Part shown: positions 10,340 through 17,773 of the stretch, piece after piece
How the letters are laid out: the number at the start of each line of letters is the position of its first letter
Numbering within the stretch: position 1 is the stretch's first letter
Source of the DNA: an uncultured archaeon
GTDB taxonomy: Archaea; Asgardarchaeota; Lokiarchaeia; Sigyniarchaeales; SOKP01
Reading direction: 5' to 3'
DNA length: 17,773 nt
Assembly: GCA_964388035.1 (NCBI GenBank)
Contig: CAYLZE010000098.1
Span: forward strand, 1 to 17,773
Position numbers and translations under genes: made by a program
The notes under the pieces: model-generated
Seen by the model: the letters and a program-made list of their open reading frames with translations, nothing else
What the model was told of the DNA's origin: nothing
Database searches by the model: none

Positions 10340-10954
10340 TTAAGTTCCTTCTATAGCCTTTCCCGAAAGCTTTTTGTAGTGGTTTAAAACCGCTTGCCTT
10401 GTTGCGTAAACAAATGCTTTTTTAACGTTGACACCAGTTATAGCAATGGTCTCATAAATTAAAGTATGGTTCAATTTTGCCGTGTCAAGCACTTTTCTAA
10501 TTTTAGAAATCTCCACGATATCCTCTAAATCACGCTTATTGGCAAGTACTACTAAAGGAACATCTGGAGGCTCAGTAATACCCGAAGGAATCAAGCGATC
10601 TCCATAAAATTTTAATAATTCTTTAAGAGACCAGATGTCCTCGTCCCATTGATCTATTAACGAATCCCAGGTAAAGATGACCGCATCTGTTCCTTTAAGA
10701 ACGGTTTGTCTCTGAAATTTATGCCTCCTCTGCCCTGCTACAGTATAGACTTGAAAAACTACGTTAGAAACTCTGGCTACAACTCTATCAAAGAATAATG
10801 TCCGTCCCGTGGGATCTTGAATTTGTTGCATTTCTCCACTTGCTAACCCTTCCTTATGATATACCCATTCAAGTGCAGTAGTTTTACCTCCCAAACTGGG
10901 ACCGTAAAAACAAACTTTAAAGACTAATGTTCCATCTCCTCGACGACTCGGCAG
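10340..10954 (-). CDS. MglA-like (Arf/Rab-related) small GTPase, 204 aa, probable CTG start
   Basis: The extended frame reads (M)PSRRGDGTLVFKVCFYGPSLGGKTT (G1), PTGRTLFFD (G2, MglA-type with intrinsic Arg), YTVAGQ (G3), LANKRD (G4) and TIAITG (G5). The ORF-track start at TTG 10894 falls inside the P-loop. Confidence 0.9.
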   Translation of the reverse strand: MPSRRGDGTLVFKVCFYGPSLGGKTTALEWVYHKEGLASGEMQQIQDPTGRTLFFDRVVARVSNVVFQVYTVAGQRRHKFQRQTVLKGTDAVIFTWDSLIDQWDEDIWSLKELLKFYGDRLIPSGITEPPDVPLVVLANKRDLEDIVEISKIRKVLDTAKLNHTLIYETIAITGVNVKKAFVYATRQAVLNHYKKLSGKAIEGT

Positions 10955-10962
10955 CGGTTAGA

Positions 10963-10969
10963 CACCTCC
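10963..10969 (-). promoter_or_regulatory. Strong Shine-Dalgarno GGAGGTG for the GTPase
   Basis: The minus strand reads GGAGGTG-TCTAACCG-CTG, an 8-nt spacing to the in-frame CTG. Confidence 0.8.
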
Positions 10970-11218
10970 AAAGACTCTGGCTTTAACATTCATGAATAAG
11001 AACCTTTTGTTGAAATGAAATTATTTAAGATTATATTATGTATAAAACTCTTGTAATTTAAAAATTTGCTTATGGGAAAAAAGTCTGATCTCAATGAATT
11101 GTAAAAGTTTAGAATTAAAAGAATAGAATTTTATTAGACCCGCCGTTTAATATGAATAACAACGGAGTTTTTACACGTTAAAGAACGTCGACATATGATT
11201 TAAAGAAGAAGTAATGGT

Positions 11219-12127
11219 ATGAATGATAAGAGAATTGGTATAATTGGCATGCGCCATGACTTGGGGCAAAATCGGCGCGGAGTAGATATGGGTCCGAGTG
11301 CCATTCGATTTGCAAAGTTAAATTCTCAACTTAATGAAATAGGATATAAGGTCATAGATTATGGTGATATTGAATGTTGCACTTATGAAACAGGCACGAT
11401 GGGAGATCCTAAGGCCAGATTTCTTCAAGATATCGTGAAACATTGTAGTGAATTAAGGGATCACATCAGAGAAATTACTAAGAAAGAAATCTTCCCTTTA
11501 ATCTTAGGTGGGGATCATTCCATCACAATGGGTAGCATTTCTGGGATGGTTTCTCATCATCAAGAGATTGGTTTAATTTACATGGATGCCCACGGAGACT
11601 TTAATACTCCCCAGACATCACCTAGTGGCAATGTTCACGGTATGAGTTTAGCTGCAATTACGGGGAGAGGGCCGTCCTCTTTAACTTCTTTAGCAGGAAA
11701 AGTTCCGATGATTAATGAAGAGAGAGTATCTCTCATTGGAGTGCGGCGTTTAGACCCAAAAGAAAAAGAGAATTTAAAGAAAAGTAAAATAAAAGTATTT
11801 ACAATCAAAGAGATTGATGAAGAGGGAATTTCAGAGGTAATGAAAGAAGCTATAGAAGTAGTAACCCAAGGTCTTGAATCGAAAAAATTTCATTTTAGTA
11901 TGGATGTAGATAGCATTGAACCATCTGTTGCTCCGGGTACCGGCACCACTGTTCCTGGAGGATTAAGTTATAGAGAAGCCCATTTAGCATGTGAGTTAAT
12001 AGCAGAGAGTAAACAAATGATCTCCATGGATGTAGTTGAAGTAAACCCTATTTTAGATTTGGCTAATGCGACAGGAAAACTAGTAGTAGAATTAATCTTA
12101 AGTTCGCTTGGGAAAACAATTTTATAA
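11219..12127 (+). CDS. rocF: Arginase
   Basis: DLGQNRRGVDMGPSAIR, LGGDHS, DAHGDFNTP..SPSGNVHGM, DVD..(E)P..APGTGT.VPGGL and EVNP are binuclear Mn arginase motifs. Confidence 0.92.
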   Translation: MNDKRIGIIGMRHDLGQNRRGVDMGPSAIRFAKLNSQLNEIGYKVIDYGDIECCTYETGTMGDPKARFLQDIVKHCSELRDHIREITKKEIFPLILGGDHSITMGSISGMVSHHQEIGLIYMDAHGDFNTPQTSPSGNVHGMSLAAITGRGPSSLTSLAGKVPMINEERVSLIGVRRLDPKEKENLKKSKIKVFTIKEIDEEGISEVMKEAIEVVTQGLESKKFHFSMDVDSIEPSVAPGTGTTVPGGLSYREAHLACELIAESKQMISMDVVEVNPILDLANATGKLVVELILSSLGKTIL

Positions 12128-12492
12128 GAAATGATTGCAGAATAAATCCACTTTCTTGGTCAATTTAGAAAAGAAATAATAACTCTTGTTAAAAAAAATA
12201 TAATGCTTGATTTAGGACTTGAACATATTAATTTGAAAAAAGTTTAATTAAATAAATAAATAGGTTGCCTCATTTACCTTTGTTAACATTATTGCCAACC
12301 ATTAAACCAAGAGAAACAAACTTAGAATGTTTTAAAAATTCTAATTTTTTATTTTTTTCATTAAATTAATCCAGATATTCATGTAAAATACTTTAGTTCT
12401 TAACTCTAATCAAAAATATTTCATTAATTGGCTCTAAACTTTTATAATAATGAATTTTATTATCTTTTAAATTTACAATAATTGACCGCATT

Positions 12493-13926
12493 ATGAAAAC
12501 AATACAGTATAAATGGATTGCCCTTTCTTGTACTAGCATGGGTGCTTTATTTGCTATCTTTCAAAGTACAGCATTAATAATTGCCATTCCTTCTATCATG
12601 ATAGAACTTAATACATCATTCACCGTCATATTATGGGTATTGATGAGTTATCTGTTAATTATTACCATCTTTGTTCCGGCCATTGGTCGCGTGGCAGATA
12701 TTATGGGGCGAAAAAAGTTATTTGTTCAGGGATTTGTGATTTTTACGGTTGGTTCACTTTTATCGGGGATTTCCATTAACGGGGAGATGTTAATTTTGTT
12801 TCGAATTATTCAAGCCTCTGGAGCCGTTCTATTGATTACCAATAGTACTGCAATCGTGACGGATGCCTTTCCGAAAAAAGAACTTGGAAAAGCATTGGGT
12901 ATTAATGGAATGGTAATTAGCGCTGGAGCTGTTGCTGGCCCCATAATAGGCGGAGCATTAACGCTGATTACTTGGCGATTAATCTTTTATGTAAATATTC
13001 CAGTAGGTATATTTGGCACGATATGGGCTCAAAAACAATTACGTAAAATTGGAAATCTCCCACAAAATCAGACTTTTGATTGGAAAGGGACAATAATATT
13101 TTCATCAGGAATGTTAATCCTTCTTTTAGGTAGTACTTTTGGCGCGTTTCTGGGATGGGTAAATCCCCTTATTATTACTAGTTTTATTTCCTCTATAATT
13201 TTAATCGGACTATTTATATGGCTTGAAAACAATATGGAACAACCAATGTTAGACTTAAACCTTTTTAAAACACGCATATTAGCTTTTGCTTTGATCTCTA
13301 ATTTAATGAATGGAATTGCAAGAGGTGCCGTAACGTTCCTTTTAGTATTATATTTTCAAGGGATTAAAGAGTTTGATCCACTTATAGCAGGTATTTTGCT
13401 AACACCATTCGCCGCAATCATGATGGTCGTATCCCCTTATAGTGGAAGATTATCCGATCAATATGGTTCTCGAGGCTTAAGTACATTGGGATTGATAATC
13501 ACCGCAGTTGGGTTGATAGGATTTATTATAATTAAGCCAAATACTAGCATTCCAATTATCATTATCTGGATGATCATAATGGGAATTGGGTCTGGCATGT
13601 TTTTTTCTCCTAATACGAATACAATAATGGGCAATGTACCACCAGGAAAAAGAGGGATTGCTTCTGGAACTCGAACTATGATGACAAATATAGGAAGTAT
13701 CATTAGTCTCGTAATTACCTTAGCAGTAATAACATCTACAATGACTTCAGAAGCATTACAAGGTCTATTTACAGGCACTCAAATTGGTTCCGAAGGAATT
13801 AATATTACTTTATTCATGAATGGATTACATTTTGTCTTTTGGTTTTCTTTTATTATTAGTTTGATAGGCGCATTCTTGTCATATCTGCGAGGACCAAACC
13901 CCATGCTTGATAATGTGCCCACTTAA
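12493..13926 (+). CDS. MFS drug-efflux transporter, DHA2 (EmrB/QacA-like, 14 TM)
   Basis: Motif A GRVADIMGRKK and its repeat GRLSDQYGSR, motif C GAVAGPIIGG, WRLIFYVNIPVG, FDWKG and PMLDLNLF, with many TM segments. Confidence 0.92.
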   Translation: MKTIQYKWIALSCTSMGALFAIFQSTALIIAIPSIMIELNTSFTVILWVLMSYLLIITIFVPAIGRVADIMGRKKLFVQGFVIFTVGSLLSGISINGEMLILFRIIQASGAVLLITNSTAIVTDAFPKKELGKALGINGMVISAGAVAGPIIGGALTLITWRLIFYVNIPVGIFGTIWAQKQLRKIGNLPQNQTFDWKGTIIFSSGMLILLLGSTFGAFLGWVNPLIITSFISSIILIGLFIWLENNMEQPMLDLNLFKTRILAFALISNLMNGIARGAVTFLLVLYFQGIKEFDPLIAGILLTPFAAIMMVVSPYSGRLSDQYGSRGLSTLGLIITAVGLIGFIIIKPNTSIPIIIIWMIIMGIGSGMFFSPNTNTIMGNVPPGKRGIASGTRTMMTNIGSIISLVITLAVITSTMTSEALQGLFTGTQIGSEGINITLFMNGLHFVFWFSFIISLIGAFLSYLRGPNPMLDNVPT

Positions 13927-14068
13927 TATTATATCTCTTCACATTCCTCACTATAGGGTGATTAAATTTTATCTTATTAAATTAATGATTAATCACGATA
14001 TTGAGTATTATAATTTAAAATGTATGGATACAAAAAAGAAGGAGAGAGAAAGGGTATTAATTTACACT

Positions 14069-14839
14069 TTATTGAATGATTCTTTTTACCATAACGGACG
14101 CACAAGAAATTAACGTAACAGTCCATAAAACAAGGACGAGAAAGTCTAACCATAAAGTGTTATAGTCGCCAGTTAATAATAAAGCCCGCATCCCGTCTAC
14201 TGCATATGTTAATGGATTGACAATCGCTACTACTTGGAGCCAAGCTGGCATTAGCTCAATTGGATAAATAGCATTACCGGCAAAAAATAGTGGCATCGTG
14301 ATTGCTTGGCCTATTCCCATCATCCGATCCCGAGTTTTAAGTAATGAAGCAATCAACATGGATAAACATGAAAATAACATAGCAATCAAAACGCAAAAGG
14401 CTAGAATTCCAAGAATAGATCCGAAAGATATGCGAAGTGTTACTCCTAGAATTAATGCGAAAATAAAAATTGTTATAGCTTGAAAAACACCCCGCACGCC
14501 AGCAGCTAATGATTTTCCAGTTATAATAGCTGCTCTTGGCGCAGGTGTGGCTAATAACTTACTTAATAAACCAAGATCTCGTTCCCACACAAGAATAATT
14601 CCGTAAAAGATCGCAATAAATAAAACCGATTGAGCAAGCACACCTGGAGTTAGAAATTGTAAATAAGTATAATTGCTTGTATTCAATTCTCGAACGTGAC
14701 TCAAGGAAACTCCAAAAATTAATAGCCAGAAAATGGGTTGAAGCGTCCGAATCCATAATTCCGTTGAATTATGACGAATTTTACGGACTTCCATTTCCGC
14801 AATGGCAAATACGCCCCAAAAAAATTTTTTAATTAACAT
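14069..14839 (-). CDS. ABC-2 type exporter permease (DrrB-like)
   Basis: YLQFLTPG, WERDLG.L.KLLATP, GK and NPLTYAVDGMR, with about 6 TM segments. Confidence 0.92.
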   Translation of the reverse strand: MLIKKFFWGVFAIAEMEVRKIRHNSTELWIRTLQPIFWLLIFGVSLSHVRELNTSNYTYLQFLTPGVLAQSVLFIAIFYGIILVWERDLGLLSKLLATPAPRAAIITGKSLAAGVRGVFQAITIFIFALILGVTLRISFGSILGILAFCVLIAMLFSCLSMLIASLLKTRDRMMGIGQAITMPLFFAGNAIYPIELMPAWLQVVAIVNPLTYAVDGMRALLLTGDYNTLWLDFLVLVLWTVTLISCASVMVKRIIQ

Positions 14840-14864
14840 GTTTTTTTTCTCTCACCCTTTAATT

Positions 14865-15875
14865 TCATGAAGCACGTTTTTTAAAATTCCGTCGGGTCAT
14901 GCGAGATTCTTTAAAACTTTTCGTATCTATAAGCCTAGTATGCGTATATTTAAGAAACACGTCGTCTAATGTTGGTTGACTAAACGTAATAGATTTAATT
15001 TTAAGTCCAGTAGCAGAAAAAGTTTGGAGAATTAATGGAAGAGAATCAGATCCATTATTTGTATGAACGATAAAAGTTTGATTATTTGGAGCATGAACAA
15101 TTTTTCCTAAATTAGGTGGAATTGATATTAATTCTAAAGATTTTGTTGAAGGAACCGTATCTTCGAAAATTATGGTGATTATATCTTCACCGATTGATTG
15201 TTTTAATTCTTTAGGTGTACCAGTAATTACAATTTTGCCAGCATCAATAATCGAAATACGATGGCAAAGCTCATCAGCTTCTACCATATCATGTGTTGTA
15301 ATAAAGATTGTCGCTTTTAAATTCTGATTAATTTCTCTAATATATTGCCATACTTGTCGGCGAGTGGAAGGATCTAGACCTATACTCGGTTCGTCTAAAA
15401 AGAGAATCTTTGGTTGATTCACAAGTGCTTGTGCGATTTCTAATCGTCGCATCATCCCACCGGAATAATGTTTTGCTAAATCCTTAGCACGATCCGTCAA
15501 TCCCATATAAGATAATGCATTCATTACGCGCATTTTTCGCTCTTTTGAATTCACATAACACAATTTTGCATAAATCAGGAGATTTTCATACCCAGTAAGA
15601 TCTCCATCTATAGATATTTCTTGTGGGACATACCCCATAATTTGGCGAACATTGCTCGGATACTTTCTCGCATCGATTCCGAAAACATTAATAGTGCCTT
15701 CTGTTGGTTTCGATAAAGTCATCAACATCTTTATGAGAGTTGTTTTGCCAGCACCATTAGGACCTAAGAAGCCGTAAATTTCCCCCCGTTTTATGTCAAA
15801 ATTAACATTATCAACCGCTTTAATATTAGAATAAACTTTAGTTAAATTTTTTACTTCAATCGCAAGGTTTCCCAT
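14865..15875 (-). CDS. ABC exporter ATP-binding subunit (DrrA-like)
   Basis: Walker A GPNGAGKTT, Q-loop YVPQ, signature YSGGM, Walker B LFLDEP, H-loop TTH and C-terminal PTLDDVFL. Confidence 0.95.
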   Translation of the reverse strand: MGNLAIEVKNLTKVYSNIKAVDNVNFDIKRGEIYGFLGPNGAGKTTLIKMLMTLSKPTEGTINVFGIDARKYPSNVRQIMGYVPQEISIDGDLTGYENLLIYAKLCYVNSKERKMRVMNALSYMGLTDRAKDLAKHYSGGMMRRLEIAQALVNQPKILFLDEPSIGLDPSTRRQVWQYIREINQNLKATIFITTHDMVEADELCHRISIIDAGKIVITGTPKELKQSIGEDIITIIFEDTVPSTKSLELISIPPNLGKIVHAPNNQTFIVHTNNGSDSLPLILQTFSATGLKIKSITFSQPTLDDVFLKYTHTRLIDTKSFKESRMTRRNFKKRAS

Positions 15876-16331
15876 GAATTATCCCTTCATCGCGACTCAT
15901 GTTAAAGTAAATATTAAAAAAAATCATTTCCTTAGTAGAAGTTATGATTGTAAAAATCTGCGTTTATCTTAAAGTTATGTGTTTATTACTTTTAACTCAA
16001 TTTCTAATTAATTCAAGTTGGCTAACTCTTTAATTGGTTAACTCTATAGAGGGCAATTTTTTCTATATTTTTCCGTCCTTTAATTCTATGCTTCAAGATA
16101 TTATGGGAATTTTTACTTCAAGCTTTTCCATAATGAGTTAGTTATCCCAGGCTAAACTTACGAAATAACTGCAAAAAGTGAAAAAAATGTTTCAATAAAC
16201 AATGTTAAGTTTAATAGCACTTTTTTTTTTGGGCAATATAAGGGATCATTACACTCAAGTTGAATTTAAGGATTTTAGAAAGATGGTTAAATGAAAATGG
16301 AAAATAAGATATTTTTAACTAAGAGGATTTT

Positions 16332-17483
16332 TTAATCGGGTACTTTTATTGGATAAGTTCCGTATTGATTTTTCACATTTATATATGCAAGATATCTATC
16401 GAGAGTTATAGCGGGATTAATGCTATGTCCAGAACTAAAAATATATCCTCCTCCGGGAGCTAATTCCTTAATTAGTTTTTTGGAATAGGCCTCGATTTCT
16501 GATATTTCTCCTGTAGCGAGCGTCACGGGGGACATGTTGCCAACAAAAGTAATTTTATCTCCATATTTTTCCTCTAATTTAAAGATATCATATTCAGGAT
16601 TAGCGGTAGTTGGTTCGATGGGATTTAAAGCATCAATTCCACAATCAATGATATCTTCGAAAATTTCCATTAGATCCCCATCAGAATGAAGTAATATTTT
16701 ACAATCTCGTTTATGAGCAGCTTCACAAATCCTCTTTAGCCAGGGTAAAACATACGTTCTATAATTTCTGGGACTCATGAACAGCCCATTCTTGAAACCG
16801 TAATCATCCCATAATAAGATTAATTTAGCTTCTAATTCTGCTAAGATTTTAACGAGTTCGAGAGTAAATTCTCCTCGATCATCAAATATCTTTTTGGCCT
16901 GTTTTTGTTTAGCAATTATTCGCGAAAAAGTCTCGATGCCAAAACCTTCCCAGGACACTTCCATTAATGAACCAGTTGCCGGAACCGAAAACACTTCATC
17001 TTTCATTTTTTTTTGAAGTTCCTTTCCCGCTAAATATCCATTCACTCTTCCATCCCATTGAGGATCAGGTTGCTCCCAACTCTCATAATCTTCAAAAGTT
17101 TTAAAATATCCTCCCACATATCCATAGATTATCGTGCCATCTTTCTCATAGATCTCATTTCTCATCATCCGACCATATTCATCTATAATAACACCATTTT
17201 CGAGAACCTTCCGCGGAAAAAGAGAAGTTACGCTGGTTACAATATCTTCCCCTACACGCCGAGCAAATTCATAGGCTTTTTTATACCCCGACTTTAATAC
17301 TTGCTTGCTTCCCGCCAATTCCTTAAGCATCTTTTCAGGAAGTTTTGGAATATTAGTTAACCCTCCTGGTTCTACACCATAATGCTTCATAATAGTATCA
17401 TTCGTAAAAGCACTCTCCCAGTATGGGACTCTATCGGGCTCTTCGTGATTGATTGTCTTTAAAACTCTTTCTTGTGCATTCAT
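16332..17483 (-). CDS. Uroporphyrinogen decarboxylase-family (URO-D/MtaA-CmuA-like) protein
   Basis: N-terminal MNAQERVL..INHEEPDRVP, DEYG, DDYG....LFMSP, LHSDGD, GIDALNPIE, F.GN and LAPGGGYIFSSGHSI. This is the anaerobe URO-D-like subfamily rather than HemE proper. Confidence 0.88.
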   Translation of the reverse strand: MNAQERVLKTINHEEPDRVPYWESAFTNDTIMKHYGVEPGGLTNIPKLPEKMLKELAGSKQVLKSGYKKAYEFARRVGEDIVTSVTSLFPRKVLENGVIIDEYGRMMRNEIYEKDGTIIYGYVGGYFKTFEDYESWEQPDPQWDGRVNGYLAGKELQKKMKDEVFSVPATGSLMEVSWEGFGIETFSRIIAKQKQAKKIFDDRGEFTLELVKILAELEAKLILLWDDYGFKNGLFMSPRNYRTYVLPWLKRICEAAHKRDCKILLHSDGDLMEIFEDIIDCGIDALNPIEPTTANPEYDIFKLEEKYGDKITFVGNMSPVTLATGEISEIEAYSKKLIKELAPGGGYIFSSGHSINPAITLDRYLAYINVKNQYGTYPIKVPD

Positions 17484-17654
17484 AATTTTAAAAAAGACTT
17501 TTTTAATGAGTATATATCATTAATAAAATAATTATTCAAATTAAAGTTTGAAATAATCTATATAATAATAAAAAACAAAAATATATACAATCTATCTATT
17601 CATAAAAGAATCATTTGGAAAAAAAGTATATAAATATTTAGAGAGGATATGAAA

Positions 17655-17773
17655 ATGGAGGAATCAGATTTATACGAAAATCTAAGAAAATTATTAGGAT
17701 CGGGAGGAAATGCTATAGGTCTTCCCAAACATCCCATTACTTATACATTATTGAAAAACATGTACATTGAGGA
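17655..17773 (+). CDS. 3'-partial CDS, probably a 4Fe-4S dicluster-containing protein
   Basis: The frame is open to the window end: MEESDLYENLRKLLGSGGNAIGLPKHPITYTLLKNMYIE. This resembles the DxYExLxxxL...GxP......LLxxxxxxEEA N-terminus of anaerobe ferredoxin-domain proteins. GAGG at 17643-17646; alternative ATG at 17649. The product is inferred from the N-terminus only. Confidence 0.5.
   Translation, partial: MEESDLYENLRKLLGSGGNAIGLPKHPITYTLLKNMYIE

Noticed and set aside
10340-10894. ORF-track start (TTG 10894) for the GTPase, or a pseudogene call
   Set aside because: That start lies within the P-loop. The upstream frame is intact to CTG 10954 with a strong SD, and all G motifs are preserved.
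13947-13958. CTCACTATAGGG matching the 3' part of the T7 promoter
   Set aside because: Only 12 nt match, the TAATACGA part is absent and there is no vector context. Most likely chance.
16039-16048. TAACTCTATA, the reverse complement of part of the 37-bp repeat
   Set aside because: A 10-nt AT-rich match lacking the palindromic core, plausible by chance.
16332-17483. hemE assignment
   Set aside because: It lacks the HemE RQAGR motif and resembles the URO-D-like/methyltransferase paralogues of anaerobes.

Overview
AT-rich prokaryotic chromosomal segment, most consistent with an Asgard archaeon of the Lokiarchaeia type. This is inferred from gene content: an archaeal-type DHPS, an MglA/Arf-like small GTPase, a soluble IFT52/GIFT-domain protein, a URO-D-like protein, GGAGGT(G) ribosome-binding sites and T-tract terminators. 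Gene order: two tandem MscS-like genes (first partial), a folP-like DHPS, gyrB-gyrA, three ~37-bp palindromic tandem repeats, a GIFT(IFT52/GldG)-domain protein with a C-terminal ribbon-helix-helix (RHH), an MJ0936/YfcE/Vps29-family phosphoesterase, an MBL-fold hydrolase, a convergent MglA-like GTPase, arginase, a DHA2 MFS exporter, a DrrAB-like ABC exporter, a URO-D/MtaA-family protein and the start of a probable 4Fe-4S protein. No rRNA, tRNA, transposase or true CRISPR array was seen. Highlights: (1) a candidate regulatory module of a GIFT-RHH fusion with a triple palindromic operator-like array, next to Vps29-like and MglA-like genes; (2) a small GTPase that can only be full length if it starts at a non-canonical CTG codon, with a second SD-positioned CTG in the convergent gene; (3) a GyrA with Ala and Asn at the positions equivalent to E. 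coli Ser83 and Asp87.
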